A stretch of 64,000 nucleotides of DNA from a virus: positions 32,001 to 96,000 of the IMG/VR virus record IMGVR_UViG_3300025288_000013, one strand, 5' to 3'. A program made the position numbers and the translations under genes. Each line of letters opens with the position of its first letter. Position 1 is the first letter of the stretch. Positions 18,122 through 29,334 of this stretch are shown one piece after another. The notes under the pieces were generated by a model that saw nothing but the letters and a program-made list of their open reading frames with translations, was not told the DNA's origin and did not search any database.

Positions 18122-18769
18122 ATGAAGTATAACGAATTTTATGACGCTATTTTTTCTGTTGGTGAGAATCTTATTGTTAAGGCAGATTGCTCAAACAGTT
18201 GTTTTAAGCAATCTTCTGACTATGTTACCATAATAGATATTTTTATAGATAATGGTATCATATGTTTCCATGTTGAATGTGAGGGAGAAGTGTTGCAAGA
18301 TACTGATATGTGTCTGGAAACAAATGGCGTGTTTGATATAACAGCTGATGACATATTGAGTGTAGAAACCAACCAATATACAACAAAATACCTTAGCGAT
18401 CTTGTTGATAGCAACAATGTTATAAACATTGATTTGGTTGATATATCTGATATTACATTGACATCAATTATAGATATAAAAATGGATGTGGATATTGAGA
18501 TAAAGAACTTGTCTGAATTAATAAATAAAACCATAAACAACATAACATATTTGTCAAATAATTTGTTGTTTAATTTTACTGAAAAACAAATTATGATTTT
18601 GAACAAAAATGGAACCAATTATTATGGTTATGATGAATTGGTTGGCGTGCCAGAATCATGTGAACCATGTGACCACATGGTTTTATATAATAAACTTAAA
18701 CAACAAAAATCTTATTTAAGATCATTAAAAACAATAAAAACAATAATTAAAAACAACAAAAATGGATAA
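18122..18769 (+). CDS. hypothetical protein
   Basis: In an operon with the sigma-like gene. Confidence 0.6.
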   Translation: MKYNEFYDAIFSVGENLIVKADCSNSCFKQSSDYVTIIDIFIDNGIICFHVECEGEVLQDTDMCLETNGVFDITADDILSVETNQYTTKYLSDLVDSNNVINIDLVDISDITLTSIIDIKMDVDIEIKNLSELINKTINNITYLSNNLLFNFTEKQIMILNKNGTNYYGYDELVGVPESCEPCDHMVLYNKLKQQKSYLRSLKTIKTIIKNNKNG

Positions 18770-19253
18770 AGTTAAAAAAAGAGATTTAAGCAACATTAAA
18801 CAAAAATTAAACAAGGCAAACTCAATAGAGTGCACGAAATTAGCATTAGCTTTGATGGAAAACCACAAAATAATTGATAAAGAACTCAATAAGTTATCAC
18901 ATCAAGTAACTTCTAATAGTTTGACTGAAAAAACAGAAGGATATGAACAAATTGTTGAATTTGAAGAACAAATGAGAGGATCATATCCAACATTTTGCAA
19001 AGAGGTTCCAGGTGGTGGATTGCAACTTGTTGATAAAGATGGCTGGACAAAAAAACTTGAAGAGTTAAAAGAAAAATACCCTTTGGGTAGAAAATTTTTT
19101 GATGAGAATGAAATCAGAATAAATGGTATACTTGAAGAAGAAGTTGAACTTAATTTTAAAAAATTAAACATAAATTCTATACCAGATTTGAGTTTGGACA
19201 TGATTAATACAATAAGTTTCATGTTTAGTGTAAACCTTGTTAAATTAAGTTAA
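18762..19253 (+). CDS. hypothetical protein
   Basis: Operon packing. Confidence 0.6.
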   Translation: MDKVKKRDLSNIKQKLNKANSIECTKLALALMENHKIIDKELNKLSHQVTSNSLTEKTEGYEQIVEFEEQMRGSYPTFCKEVPGGGLQLVDKDGWTKKLEELKEKYPLGRKFFDENEIRINGILEEEVELNFKKLNINSIPDLSLDMINTISFMFSVNLVKLS

Positions 19254-19265
19254 TCGTATCATCAT

Positions 19266-19295
19266 AAAGGACATATAATAAAAATGTGTCCTTTT
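19266..19295 (+). terminator. intrinsic terminator
   Basis: AAAGGACATAT...ATGTGTCCTTTT hairpin. Confidence 0.65.
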
Positions 19296-19306
19296 ATCAC
19301 ACTAAT

Positions 19307-19741
19307 ATGAACAATAATAATTATAATTACAATTTATCAAAGATAATGGATTCTTTGATTGAAGATTATAAAGACAACAAAATCAACAAATCTTTAATAG
19401 ATAACTGTGTAATCTCATCAATAATAAGAAGTATTGGATATTATAACTCTGATTGGTATCAAAAATTGGATTTGTATAGAAACAAAATGTGTGACAACAT
19501 ATCAAATTTTTATGGTACCGGTATGACATTGGAACAAATTGATAAAATAGAGAGAGTGTTTATGTCAAAATACGTGAACAATAAATTGGCTACATTAGAA
19601 GCAAATTTTAGGGCGACATTATCTTTGGTTTCTTATTGTAAGGGTCTTAGGGGCAGCATGATTGAAAATGAAATAAATAAAAGAATGAATCCACCAAATG
19701 TCAATAAAAAATTTCAAACCAATACGAAACAGTCCATATAA
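19307..19741 (+). CDS. hypothetical protein (ATG 19307 preferred to GTG 19286, which lies inside the terminator)
   Basis: ORF. Confidence 0.5.
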   Translation: MNNNNYNYNLSKIMDSLIEDYKDNKINKSLIDNCVISSIIRSIGYYNSDWYQKLDLYRNKMCDNISNFYGTGMTLEQIDKIERVFMSKYVNNKLATLEANFRATLSLVSYCKGLRGSMIENEINKRMNPPNVNKKFQTNTKQSI

Positions 19742-20192
19742 TCAGGGTTATTACAAGTGCAAAAACCCACAAAAATATATTGGCGACTTAAAGAAAATAA
19801 TCTATAGATCTTCCCTTGAGTTAAAGGCGTACACAGAGTTTGATCTTGATGATACAGTTGTGCGTTGGTCTGTAGAACCGCCACAATTGAAGATATCATA
19901 TTTGTATGTTGTTGATGGCAAAAGACACTCTTATAATCCAGATGCATATATAGAAAAAATCAACAAAAACGGTTTCTTAAACAAATTTGTCATAGAAATA
20001 AAGCCAAAGAGTTTACTTATAAAGCCAAATAAACCAATCGTGGCTGATAGGAAAAAATATGTGGCATATAAAAAAAGATTGGCATTTTGGCTAAAGATAA
20101 TGAACAAAAAAATGGCTGCAGAAAAATTTTGTGAATCAAAAGGTATGAAATATATCTTTATGACAGAATCTTATATTAACAGAAATCTTTAA
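19698..20192 (+). CDS. head completion nuclease, T4 gp4-like (TnsA fold)
   Basis: NPQKYIGD...IYRSSLE...WSVEP...YNPDAY...IEIKP. Confidence 0.85.
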   Translation: MSIKNFKPIRNSPYNQGYYKCKNPQKYIGDLKKIIYRSSLELKAYTEFDLDDTVVRWSVEPPQLKISYLYVVDGKRHSYNPDAYIEKINKNGFLNKFVIEIKPKSLLIKPNKPIVADRKKYVAYKKRLAFWLKIMNKKMAAEKFCESKGMKYIFMTESYINRNL

Positions 20193-22234
20193 ACACCAAA
20201 TTTTTGTATGGTGCAATCCACACTTAGCGATGTTGTTCTATGACCCATAGTTATTCTATATCTTATGTCGGCTGGTATAATTACAGTAGCACTACCATAT
20301 CCAACCACTCTTCCAACCACTCTGAATATATTAGTTCCTATACCTGTTTCCAAAAATATCTGTATGTCAGTGTCACCAACGCCTTGTGTATAGGTATATA
20401 ATATTCTATCATATTCTTTTGCTGACAAAGACGTAATAGAAGTTGAAACAGAACCAGATGTATTAGTAAGATAAACCAAAGAACCAGATGTGTTTCCAAC
20501 TATGTTCCAACTAGCATCAAATGTTGGATTTATCGTGCTGACATTATTTATCAATTTTACTCTGCCTTTTGTTGAACCAGCCCCACCAACTAAGTTTATA
20601 TGCCCTCCTCTACTTGTTTGGCTTGAACCACCAGCAATATTAATATCACCGCCTCTACCAACTCCAAATCCACTGTTAACATTATATCCGCCAATAACAT
20701 TTATGTCACCTCCATCAAATCCACTTTTTCTACCTATGATATTTAGAACATTAGATATTGATGTGTATATGTTTGCTTGGAAACCATCTGGCGTTAACTT
20801 TGCTAAATGTACGCTTGGTATCGGTATAAGCGTTTCACCAGCAATGGTTTGTGCTGATCCAAAAACAGACATCAAAAACTCTCCATTTTTAGATGCTGCA
20901 TAATTTGAACTGTTGAACTTTATCCTACTTTCAGATGATGTTATTTCTAAGCCAACGCTATTATTAAAAATAATGGTTATAGAAGTTAACCCAATATCAA
21001 TTTTCTGATTAGCCGAGTTTGATAAAACAACATTGGTTGAATTCATGGAGAGATTTCTATTAGTATCATATATCATACTAATAATTGTTGGTGTTATTTC
21101 AAATTTGTGTGACGAATGTTCCATCAACAGTTTTGTTCCATCCATTGTCATATCACCAATATTTGTTGGGAATGATGGGTTTGGATAAACGAATCTAAAA
21201 GTCCCCATACCATGCAATGTGTGTGTTGGTACGCCTGTCCCAGTACCAATACCAACTCTGTCATTGTGTATTGTGATGTTATTTTGATTACCAATTCTTA
21301 ATTTTTCTGTGGTTGGGAATGTTAACAACCAAATGGATTGTGATTTTGAAAATATTAATGAATTTGTGGTGCCCATATTTTCTATATCAGACACTCCGCC
21401 AGAGAATACTAGTCTATTGGTATTAATCATTTTGCTGGTTACACCAGAATTTATGTCATTTTTTGTGCCAAATTCTGCTTGGTTATTTTTTATAACAGAC
21501 CATTCAACATTTGATTTTATATAATATATGAAATCCATAGATGTTAAACTTGCTGATCCAGTGGGGGTGTTTCTAAATTTTAAATTTAATTGTGAGAACG
21601 GTTTAGAATCAGTACCAAACGCATCGGCTATTTGGCTGGGGGTTGTGTTTGATTCTCCCAATATGTTACACAACGTCAACGTGTCCAGATCTGAACCCAC
21701 AAACGTGTTATTACCAATAATCAATCTCATGTATTCAGCATCGCCACCTATTCTTTTTGCCAATAATATATTTGATTCAGCATTTATTGTGTCAAAATGC
21801 CTCAATTTATGATTGGAAATGATACCCTGCGTACCAAAAATTAATTCATCAACAAAATCTGATGGAACATTTGGTGTATAAGCCAAATCATATTTCAAAA
21901 TACCATTGTCATCTATGATTTCAAAATATTGACCAGCATCATTAACCACTATGTCACCCAAATTATAGTTTGGATTCAAAACCAAACCACCATCTGTTGG
22001 AATATTATCAAAATGAAAGACACTACCAACATCCCCCTTATCCCCCTTATCCCCCTTAATTGATAAACCAGACCAACCTATGTCACCTTTGCTACCTTTG
22101 TTCATAACATTGACCGTGTGAAGATATATCTGATCAAAGTTGTGTTGAATTTTTTCTTTCAATGTCGATAGGGCATCACCATCTTGCAATTTCTTTAAAG
22201 TGATGTCTGGGTATGATGTAAAATTGTCAACCAT
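20189..22234 (-). CDS. tail fibre/baseplate structural protein with a short collagen-like GXY segment
   Basis: GSKGDIG...KGDKGDKGDVG (9-bp tandem repeats at about 22031-22058); Gly-rich GGDINI repeats. Confidence 0.6.
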   Translation of the reverse strand: MVDNFTSYPDITLKKLQDGDALSTLKEKIQHNFDQIYLHTVNVMNKGSKGDIGWSGLSIKGDKGDKGDVGSVFHFDNIPTDGGLVLNPNYNLGDIVVNDAGQYFEIIDDNGILKYDLAYTPNVPSDFVDELIFGTQGIISNHKLRHFDTINAESNILLAKRIGGDAEYMRLIIGNNTFVGSDLDTLTLCNILGESNTTPSQIADAFGTDSKPFSQLNLKFRNTPTGSASLTSMDFIYYIKSNVEWSVIKNNQAEFGTKNDINSGVTSKMINTNRLVFSGGVSDIENMGTTNSLIFSKSQSIWLLTFPTTEKLRIGNQNNITIHNDRVGIGTGTGVPTHTLHGMGTFRFVYPNPSFPTNIGDMTMDGTKLLMEHSSHKFEITPTIISMIYDTNRNLSMNSTNVVLSNSANQKIDIGLTSITIIFNNSVGLEITSSESRIKFNSSNYAASKNGEFLMSVFGSAQTIAGETLIPIPSVHLAKLTPDGFQANIYTSISNVLNIIGRKSGFDGGDINVIGGYNVNSGFGVGRGGDINIAGGSSQTSRGGHINLVGGAGSTKGRVKLINNVSTINPTFDASWNIVGNTSGSLVYLTNTSGSVSTSITSLSAKEYDRILYTYTQGVGDTDIQIFLETGIGTNIFRVVGRVVGYGSATVIIPADIRYRITMGHRTTSLSVDCTIQKFGV

Positions 22235-22235
22235 C

Positions 22236-25200
22236 TTAATTTATATTTATATTTTTATTTAGTACTAAGCTTAATTTTGTCAATATGTTAACTGTGTCCC
22301 ACGTTTTGTCTTCTTCGTCCCACGTTTTATAATGAGTATACCAGTTATCATATACTGTGTCACCATTTATTAACGATAAGTTTTTGTTTGATATTATGTA
22401 TCCATCATTATATTTATTATTCGAACTTGGTTTTATGAACTTTATTTTTCCTATTTCAGAAGTATAATTAACATTTTCATCTGATATTATGTCTTTTATG
22501 TTAGAAAACGACAATATTGATTTCATTGATTCATAACATCTTGTAACATCAGATACCTGATACCAATCAAATTTTCTAAGGTCAATGAATCCTTTAACAT
22601 AACTGAATAGCATAACAGAATTTATAAGACTACCATTTAGTGCCAAAACAAAAATTTTATCATCAACAAATCTAATTGTGTTATTTGTTACATTAAATGG
22701 TAATGGGTTTGACGGATTCCATAATCCCAATCCATCAGCGTTAACGAATGTTGTTATTACTGATAAATCTTTATTATTTATACCAACCAAAGACCCAAAT
22801 TCACCATTTGATTGTTTTATCCAATTTGATACTTTCATTATATTACCATCGAATTCAATAGAATCTGGCGGTGTTGGCGAAACCGATAATTTGTTTTGCA
22901 ATTTAATACCTCTAAATTTGTCTGTTGGATTACTTAATGAATCTTGATAAACTAAATTTGGTATTGGTGGATATTCAAATTCGTCACCAAATAGAAAAGT
23001 TCCATTTGTGTATTTCTTTATGCCAAGCATAACATGTAAATATAAATAATCAAGTATTATCTCACCAGAATCAGTTATGGATTTCCAATCAGATATGCCT
23101 ATTTCTATAACAAGCACTATGGCTTTGTGATTATCGTTTTTTATGGTTTTTATTTCAAATGGTTTATTGCTGCCTTGATAGATTTCATGTATATCCCTTG
23201 TATTTAACACAACAGAAAATCTGTAACCATCCAATGACATATCAAAAGACAATTTAACGCCTCTGAATATTGTTTCGGATATATCAAAATCATTATTCAA
23301 TACTATGTTTGAATAATTTTTATCAAAATACTCCCTAAAATAGTCATATTTGGCACTTTTAAATAAACTTTCATCAAATATTCCCCCCATTAGATTTGAT
23401 ATGTGATACCAACTGTGTGTGTATAGTGATGTGTCTGATTCTTTTGTATCAAAATCTGGAGTTGTTATGCCATCCATATACATATTACCACCGTTTATGC
23501 TTATTGCGTTTCTTATGCACCAATTATATTCATTGTTAACTTGTTTGCCAAAATTTAACAAGGGTTTCACATTATCAACAAAAAATTGTACCTCATTATC
23601 ATCATTATAACTTTTTATCATAACTTTTGGGTTACCAGATATGATGGTAAAATTTTCATCTGTTGCCGCAAACGTATCAACCAACGTCACATTGTTTGAT
23701 ACACCATATTGAACGCCATCTGATTCAACAATAAATTCTGAAGAATCTCCTATTACTACATATGTTTCGCCAATTGTTAGTTTTGTCTGCTCTATATAAT
23801 TACTTAGATAATCTACAACATTTGATCTGTTTATTAGTATTTCTGATTCGATTTCTGATTCAGGATAAACAGATAACACACCATATTCAATTTTTTCTCT
23901 TTGGAATACTCTAATATCGTCCACAAAACCATTATAGTCACTTTCTGCACATGATATTATTTTGTTATTCATGTCAACTAATTCATCTAAGCCATTTGTG
24001 TTTTGGATATCAACGAATGTCAAGAATTTTGTTATTTTATGATATCCTATTTTACTTTTCATATAACCGCCCAAAACTTTATTTTTATTATCTATATCAA
24101 TGATAGATGTTATATAATTGTTGGTGAAACTTATGTCTGTATTATTAACAATTGTCAAGTCAACATTTGTTGATATGTTTTTTATGTCAAATGATAGGAA
24201 TTCGTTTGTTGATGATACTATTATTTTATTATCAATTGCTTTGGCTAATAAATTGTTGCTGTAGCCTACTTCGTTATTAAATGCTTTTGATATTGATATA
24301 CATTGTTCTGGTAACGTACCACTTGGATTAAACACAAATCTTTCTGCATCTGTTTTACCAAAATTTGGATTATTAAATAATTCATCAGCCAATAATATGA
24401 TGGACGTATTTTCAAAATCAAAACGTATAGTATCGCTTTGTGACGTTGATGAATTCAATTCTAGAACTATTAACCTGGTGTAATTTTCAAGTATTTCAAA
24501 ATCAATTGGTTCTTTTTCTTTGAATTTTGATAGCAATTGATCTGTTATGGTTATTTCGTTTTCTATTATTTTTGATGATGATGATATCTTGTTATCGCAT
24601 TTACAATAATTATATGGAACATCACTAAGTTCGTTTATTACTATACCATCAAAATCTTCTATTTCTATGTTCCCACTTACCAATGCATCATATATGGTTG
24701 GAACAAAATCCTTATTGTGTGTTTTTTTATAGAATTCACCAAGTTTTATATCATCCACAAATAACCAATAATCATCTTCTTCTAAATCATCTATGTAGAA
24801 TGCAAATTGGAAAATTGAATTCGGTATGATTTTGTTTTCCAAAAAAGTGTTGGTTATCGTATCATTTGTTATTAAATCAAACCCAGAAACTTTTGATACA
24901 ATAGATCCATTCAACAAATCAACTCCGTTAACAGTTATGGATTTGTTATCAAAATCTATGTTTATGGGATCATATTTTATATTAAGTTCTGATAGGTGAT
25001 TTGTTATATACTTACCTATTTTAGAGTTTATGGATAAGTCATATGTCTTTTTTATCGTATGATCATTTTTATTATCACTACCATTTTTTGACATAACAAC
25101 AAATCTACTTGGTAAAGATTCATTTACAACAAGAGTAACTATTATTCTGTTCTCAATAGTTTCAAAATCATCGCCAGAAAACAAAATTTTGTTCTCCACT

Positions 25201-25388
25201 TCACCAAATATCCTATGTAAATCTGATGAATATCTTCCGTCTGGATTAACAATCGCATCTTTAAATTGATGATCTGATAATGAACTCTCTGACAAAGCTG
25301 ATGAAAGTTTTATTGTATTATCGTCTACCATTAATAATATGTTTCCACATATTTTAGATATTTTTCTATTTAGATAAAATGTACCCAT
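22236..25388 (-). CDS. large virion structural protein (baseplate?)
   Basis: 1050 aa, in a late-type operon. Confidence 0.5.
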   Translation of the reverse strand: MGTFYLNRKISKICGNILLMVDDNTIKLSSALSESSLSDHQFKDAIVNPDGRYSSDLHRIFGEVENKILFSGDDFETIENRIIVTLVVNESLPSRFVVMSKNGSDNKNDHTIKKTYDLSINSKIGKYITNHLSELNIKYDPINIDFDNKSITVNGVDLLNGSIVSKVSGFDLITNDTITNTFLENKIIPNSIFQFAFYIDDLEEDDYWLFVDDIKLGEFYKKTHNKDFVPTIYDALVSGNIEIEDFDGIVINELSDVPYNYCKCDNKISSSSKIIENEITITDQLLSKFKEKEPIDFEILENYTRLIVLELNSSTSQSDTIRFDFENTSIILLADELFNNPNFGKTDAERFVFNPSGTLPEQCISISKAFNNEVGYSNNLLAKAIDNKIIVSSTNEFLSFDIKNISTNVDLTIVNNTDISFTNNYITSIIDIDNKNKVLGGYMKSKIGYHKITKFLTFVDIQNTNGLDELVDMNNKIISCAESDYNGFVDDIRVFQREKIEYGVLSVYPESEIESEILINRSNVVDYLSNYIEQTKLTIGETYVVIGDSSEFIVESDGVQYGVSNNVTLVDTFAATDENFTIISGNPKVMIKSYNDDNEVQFFVDNVKPLLNFGKQVNNEYNWCIRNAISINGGNMYMDGITTPDFDTKESDTSLYTHSWYHISNLMGGIFDESLFKSAKYDYFREYFDKNYSNIVLNNDFDISETIFRGVKLSFDMSLDGYRFSVVLNTRDIHEIYQGSNKPFEIKTIKNDNHKAIVLVIEIGISDWKSITDSGEIILDYLYLHVMLGIKKYTNGTFLFGDEFEYPPIPNLVYQDSLSNPTDKFRGIKLQNKLSVSPTPPDSIEFDGNIMKVSNWIKQSNGEFGSLVGINNKDLSVITTFVNADGLGLWNPSNPLPFNVTNNTIRFVDDKIFVLALNGSLINSVMLFSYVKGFIDLRKFDWYQVSDVTRCYESMKSILSFSNIKDIISDENVNYTSEIGKIKFIKPSSNNKYNDGYIISNKNLSLINGDTVYDNWYTHYKTWDEEDKTWDTVNILTKLSLVLNKNININ

Positions 25389-27406
25389 TAACCTATTATT
25401 ATAAATTCATAATTGGTTTTGTTTATGCAAACAACTTCAACAACATTTGATGTTGGTTTTATACTACCTATTTCAAGACCAAGAGAGGTATTTGTGAATT
25501 GTGAATTTATGTCAGTAAAGATTCTAACACTTTTACCATTTATATCTATATTCCTTGATAAAACTATTTTGAAAGATTGATTAATATCCCATTTCATATC
25601 GTCTTCTATGTAAACATTTATATCGTCTTGTGCAATAATTGGGTCTGAACTCAAATAACCAATTTTATTCCTCTTGCCAAGTTTAAAATTGTTTTTGTTG
25701 TTATATTTAACATCAGCCATTTTATTAGAAACGCCATTATAAAAACTGTTAGAAAGTGCAATAGACAATGTGCTTCCAAGTAATTTAGCATCAACTCCAT
25801 CCTTTCCTATTATTGATAGAATTATTTCGCTACTTATTTTTGTCTTATTTGTTAATATGTCAACTATCAACTTGCTATTTTTGTTAACAAGTTCTGATAT
25901 AGTATCAAATTCTGTGCTTGTTAATAATTTTGAATTTATTTGGTTTAATATAGTTTCTATGTTTGATTCTCGTGAAGCTATTATCATGTTCAATAATTCT
26001 TCATTTTTGTTTCTCAAATTAACATTCTCTGATATTATGTTTTCATAATTGTCTGTTATTTCAGCCATCCTTGAAACAGCTTCAGAGAATAATTGCATAG
26101 AAAACACATTATAATCGTTTATATCATGGAACACATCAACAGCCACATTCGCATTTGTTGTGTCTATTCTAAAATTCAACTTATATCCATATCCATTACC
26201 AGATTGATTTAATACGCTTGAATTTTTTATTTTTGGTTGTGTTCTTATTATAGATTGACCACCTGTAACTTCCACAACATCGTCTAAAAATAAAACTCCA
26301 TATAAATTTCTTTCAACAACTCCGTTTTCTTCAACTTCATAATACAATGCAACACAATTAAAATCAAATCCAAATGACGTATTTGATGAATTAAATTGGT
26401 TGAACGACTTTAAACTTTGATCGTTGAATGCAACATATGATGTTTTATCAAAGTCTATGCCAACACCATCAAGTCTATTTCTTATATAAGTTTTTTGCAA
26501 AGCACTTGTCGGGTGCGTAACGGTGATTTCATCATTTGATGGATCGGAAAATGTTTTATCAGTTAAATAAGCATCCGCCCCAGTATAATAATCAAACCAT
26601 AAATCTGTATCATTATTATCAACATCATTTACAGAAGAATAAACAAGTCCAACAACATCTATGTCATATTGTGCTAATAAATCAAGTCCATTGGCTGGTG
26701 GTGGTGATAATGAGTTATATCCCTCTATATACTCTCTGTCTGGCATACTGTTCCTCTGCATAATCATATTTTCGTTATAATTATTATCAGAAAGAGTATT
26801 AAACAAAACAACTGGGGTGTAACCAGCTTGTGACGGCACTAACATATAAATTTCTTCAAAGTTATTTTTGTTTGAAGTGTTTTTGTTTTGCATTTCAATT
26901 TCACCAACATATTGGATCAATCTTGAGTATAAATTGCCTGAACCAACATTAGAGTTATCATCCTCTTCTACATAATTTGGTGTTAGGTTATTGCTTTCTG
27001 AATTTGTTGCACTTCTATATCTAACAGCACCAATTTCTTTTAACCACTTAAAAAAAATACGCTCTGATGTGGTTTTTAAATTATTATTATTGTATTCTGG
27101 TTTTGAGGTCAAAATTTCTTCAAAGTTTAAAACATAGTTTTGTAATGATTCTGATAAATCTATGGAATCACCAAGTGATGGTGGTGTAACGACAGAGTTA
27201 CCAACAATAAATCTTGATTGTATTCTTTCAAAATCTGATACATTTTCATTGTTTGATGCTGTTTTTATTTCTGGTACGTTTAATAACACAAAATGTGAAA
27301 ATCTGAATTTCTTATCACTTCTATTAAATAATTCTATATCTTCTAAACCACTCTTAAATGTGATTAATGAATCTTTTTTTATCCTTGTTATTAATGAAGT
27401 CGACAT
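25388..27406 (-). CDS. virion structural protein (baseplate?)
   Basis: 672 aa; late box at 27438-27445. Confidence 0.5.
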   Translation of the reverse strand: MSTSLITRIKKDSLITFKSGLEDIELFNRSDKKFRFSHFVLLNVPEIKTASNNENVSDFERIQSRFIVGNSVVTPPSLGDSIDLSESLQNYVLNFEEILTSKPEYNNNNLKTTSERIFFKWLKEIGAVRYRSATNSESNNLTPNYVEEDDNSNVGSGNLYSRLIQYVGEIEMQNKNTSNKNNFEEIYMLVPSQAGYTPVVLFNTLSDNNYNENMIMQRNSMPDREYIEGYNSLSPPPANGLDLLAQYDIDVVGLVYSSVNDVDNNDTDLWFDYYTGADAYLTDKTFSDPSNDEITVTHPTSALQKTYIRNRLDGVGIDFDKTSYVAFNDQSLKSFNQFNSSNTSFGFDFNCVALYYEVEENGVVERNLYGVLFLDDVVEVTGGQSIIRTQPKIKNSSVLNQSGNGYGYKLNFRIDTTNANVAVDVFHDINDYNVFSMQLFSEAVSRMAEITDNYENIISENVNLRNKNEELLNMIIASRESNIETILNQINSKLLTSTEFDTISELVNKNSKLIVDILTNKTKISSEIILSIIGKDGVDAKLLGSTLSIALSNSFYNGVSNKMADVKYNNKNNFKLGKRNKIGYLSSDPIIAQDDINVYIEDDMKWDINQSFKIVLSRNIDINGKSVRIFTDINSQFTNTSLGLEIGSIKPTSNVVEVVCINKTNYEFIIIG

Positions 27407-27526
27407 GTTATTTCTTTATTGATAGTTTATACAAAAGTTATTTATTAAATGAACATTACTAAAATATATAAGATTTAATCAAAATCAGATAAATAACAAA
27501 AATTATAAATATAAAATCTAACTAAA

Positions 27527-28087
27527 ATGGCAAAAAAATTATATTCGTTTTCTGCATCAAAAACAAATCAAAATAAAGACATGCCGTTATTCTTAACGAA
27601 ATATGTCATAACATTTATCCTACCAGATGCATTAAAGGCTAAATATGGATCAGAAATTTTGTCAGAAGCCATAAACGAAATAGATGGTATGGAATTTGAT
27701 AAAATGCCAGAACCAGTTGAACAAAAATATAAAGGTATATCAAGAAGATTTGGTGGTTCTGTTGCTGATACAAATGTTGACTTAGCTATGGTATTTGCTG
27801 TTAATGTTGATAAAGAGGGTAGAATTTATCCGTTAAATGTGATACGTGATTGGTGTAGATTGATTTACAATAGTGATGGAATCGTTTTAACCAAAGAAGA
27901 ATATGCTGGTGCTGCGGTTATAGAAGTTCACAATGTTAAAGGTGAAATTTTAAGAAAGGTAAAAATTCCTATATTTTTCCCAATGACTAACATTGCTGCG
28001 ATGAAACTTGATTATCACAATGATGAAATTTTCGAATTACCAATGACATGGGTTGCGGAAAATGCCGCAGACACATACATAGATTAA
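27527..28087 (+). CDS. tail tube protein, T4 gp19-like
   Basis: QKYKGISRRFGG, RDW, KEEYAG, FFPMTNIAAMKLDY...FELPMTW; late box at 27489-27496; strong terminator. Confidence 0.7.
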   Translation: MAKKLYSFSASKTNQNKDMPLFLTKYVITFILPDALKAKYGSEILSEAINEIDGMEFDKMPEPVEQKYKGISRRFGGSVADTNVDLAMVFAVNVDKEGRIYPLNVIRDWCRLIYNSDGIVLTKEEYAGAAVIEVHNVKGEILRKVKIPIFFPMTNIAAMKLDYHNDEIFELPMTWVAENAADTYID

Positions 28088-28119
28088 GAATTTAAGTTTG
28101 AGTAGTTTTTTTAATAGGT

Positions 28120-28156
28120 AAAAGCCGAACAACTTTATCAATTGTTCGGCTTTTTT
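28120..28156 (+). terminator. intrinsic (possibly bidirectional) terminator
   Basis: AAAAGCCGAACAA-loop-TTGTTCGGCTTTTTT between convergent genes. Confidence 0.9.
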
Positions 28157-28208
28157 GTGTAGAAAAGACCCCTCAAGTGTGCTTCTATGATAGGCAAGAA
28201 GAGTTTAT

Positions 28209-29288
28209 TTACTGTCTTTCACCATTTACATAAGATTCAACAGTGTTATCAGAATCATAAAAATCATCTAATTTATAATGTCCGTTTTTAGTTTTATTTA
28301 TGTGTTGAATAACACCACCCTCTTTGGTTGTTATTTCTATGGCTTCTTTTCTAACTTCGTCCAAATTGTTATTGTCTGATTCGTTCATTTTTATCAGTTC
28401 GTTCAACGGTTCATAATCTTCAGCATAATCACCCATAAAATCTTTCTTAAACAATACAGATAAGAATGCTCTCATATCCCCCTCATTATCGGTGCACCAA
28501 CTATCATTTTTGCTTATTATTTTTAACGCTCTATCTGTGTACTTTTTATCATATGTTGAACTAACAAAATTTTTGAAAGCATCTTTGTCCTTTTTGTTGT
28601 CTAAACAATACCACCCAGCATTTTGTTTTATTGACCTTAATAATGAATCAACAAAATTGCTATCGTTTTCCAACAAATCTTCATATTTTTCACCAGAACC
28701 CTTTGATTTGTCTGTTTGATTTGATGGATCGTTACCAAATGATGCTTCACCTCTGCCTGGAACAGTTGAAGTGGCTGATTCTGATTCAACCATTTTGGTA
28801 ATATCTTTCAATTTATTAATATCTGATTCTGTTAATTTTATCCCTCTGTTAATTTTGTTACCAATACTATCATTCTCAAGAATTTTACCAATTGCATTTT
28901 TAAAATTCGTTTCATATTTTTTCCTTAATCTCATTGACACAGGTTTATATGATTCTTTTAATTCAACCAATGCCTTTTTGGCTTCATCACCAGTTTTACC
29001 AATCAATTCTTCAGTTCCATCAAGTTCCATTTCTTCAAATAATGAAACCTTATCAGATAGTTTTGATACGTCATCAAGCATTTGAAGAAAATCATCTGTT
29101 GATTTACCATCATAATCTTCACCAAATAGATCAAAATCTTTATTATCACGTGCAAACACATTCAGCTTTCCATTAAAATTTTCAAGCATTTCATAGGTAA
29201 TATCTTTTTCACTAAATACTTTACCTCTCACATTGTTTAGTGTGAATAGTTTTGCTAATTCTTCTTTTGTTATTGATTTTGGTGTCAT
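28209..29288 (-). CDS. hypothetical acidic protein, possibly an internal head protein
   Basis: Several L/V-x-E-S/N motifs. Confidence 0.55.
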   Translation of the reverse strand: MTPKSITKEELAKLFTLNNVRGKVFSEKDITYEMLENFNGKLNVFARDNKDFDLFGEDYDGKSTDDFLQMLDDVSKLSDKVSLFEEMELDGTEELIGKTGDEAKKALVELKESYKPVSMRLRKKYETNFKNAIGKILENDSIGNKINRGIKLTESDINKLKDITKMVESESATSTVPGRGEASFGNDPSNQTDKSKGSGEKYEDLLENDSNFVDSLLRSIKQNAGWYCLDNKKDKDAFKNFVSSTYDKKYTDRALKIISKNDSWCTDNEGDMRAFLSVLFKKDFMGDYAEDYEPLNELIKMNESDNNNLDEVRKEAIEITTKEGGVIQHINKTKNGHYKLDDFYDSDNTVESYVNGERQ

Positions 29289-29306
29289 AGTAAGTTATTT
29301 TTGTGA

Positions 29307-29334
29307 TAAACTTTTAAATTTGGTTTTTGTTACA
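29307..29334 (-). promoter_or_regulatory. ECF-type promoter
   Basis: TGTAACAA aaaccaaatttaaaa GTTTAT upstream of 29288. Confidence 0.75.

Noticed and set aside
19698-20192. TnsA transposase / mobile element
   Set aside because: Best matches the T4 gp4 head-completion family; no TnsB/TnsC or terminal repeats.
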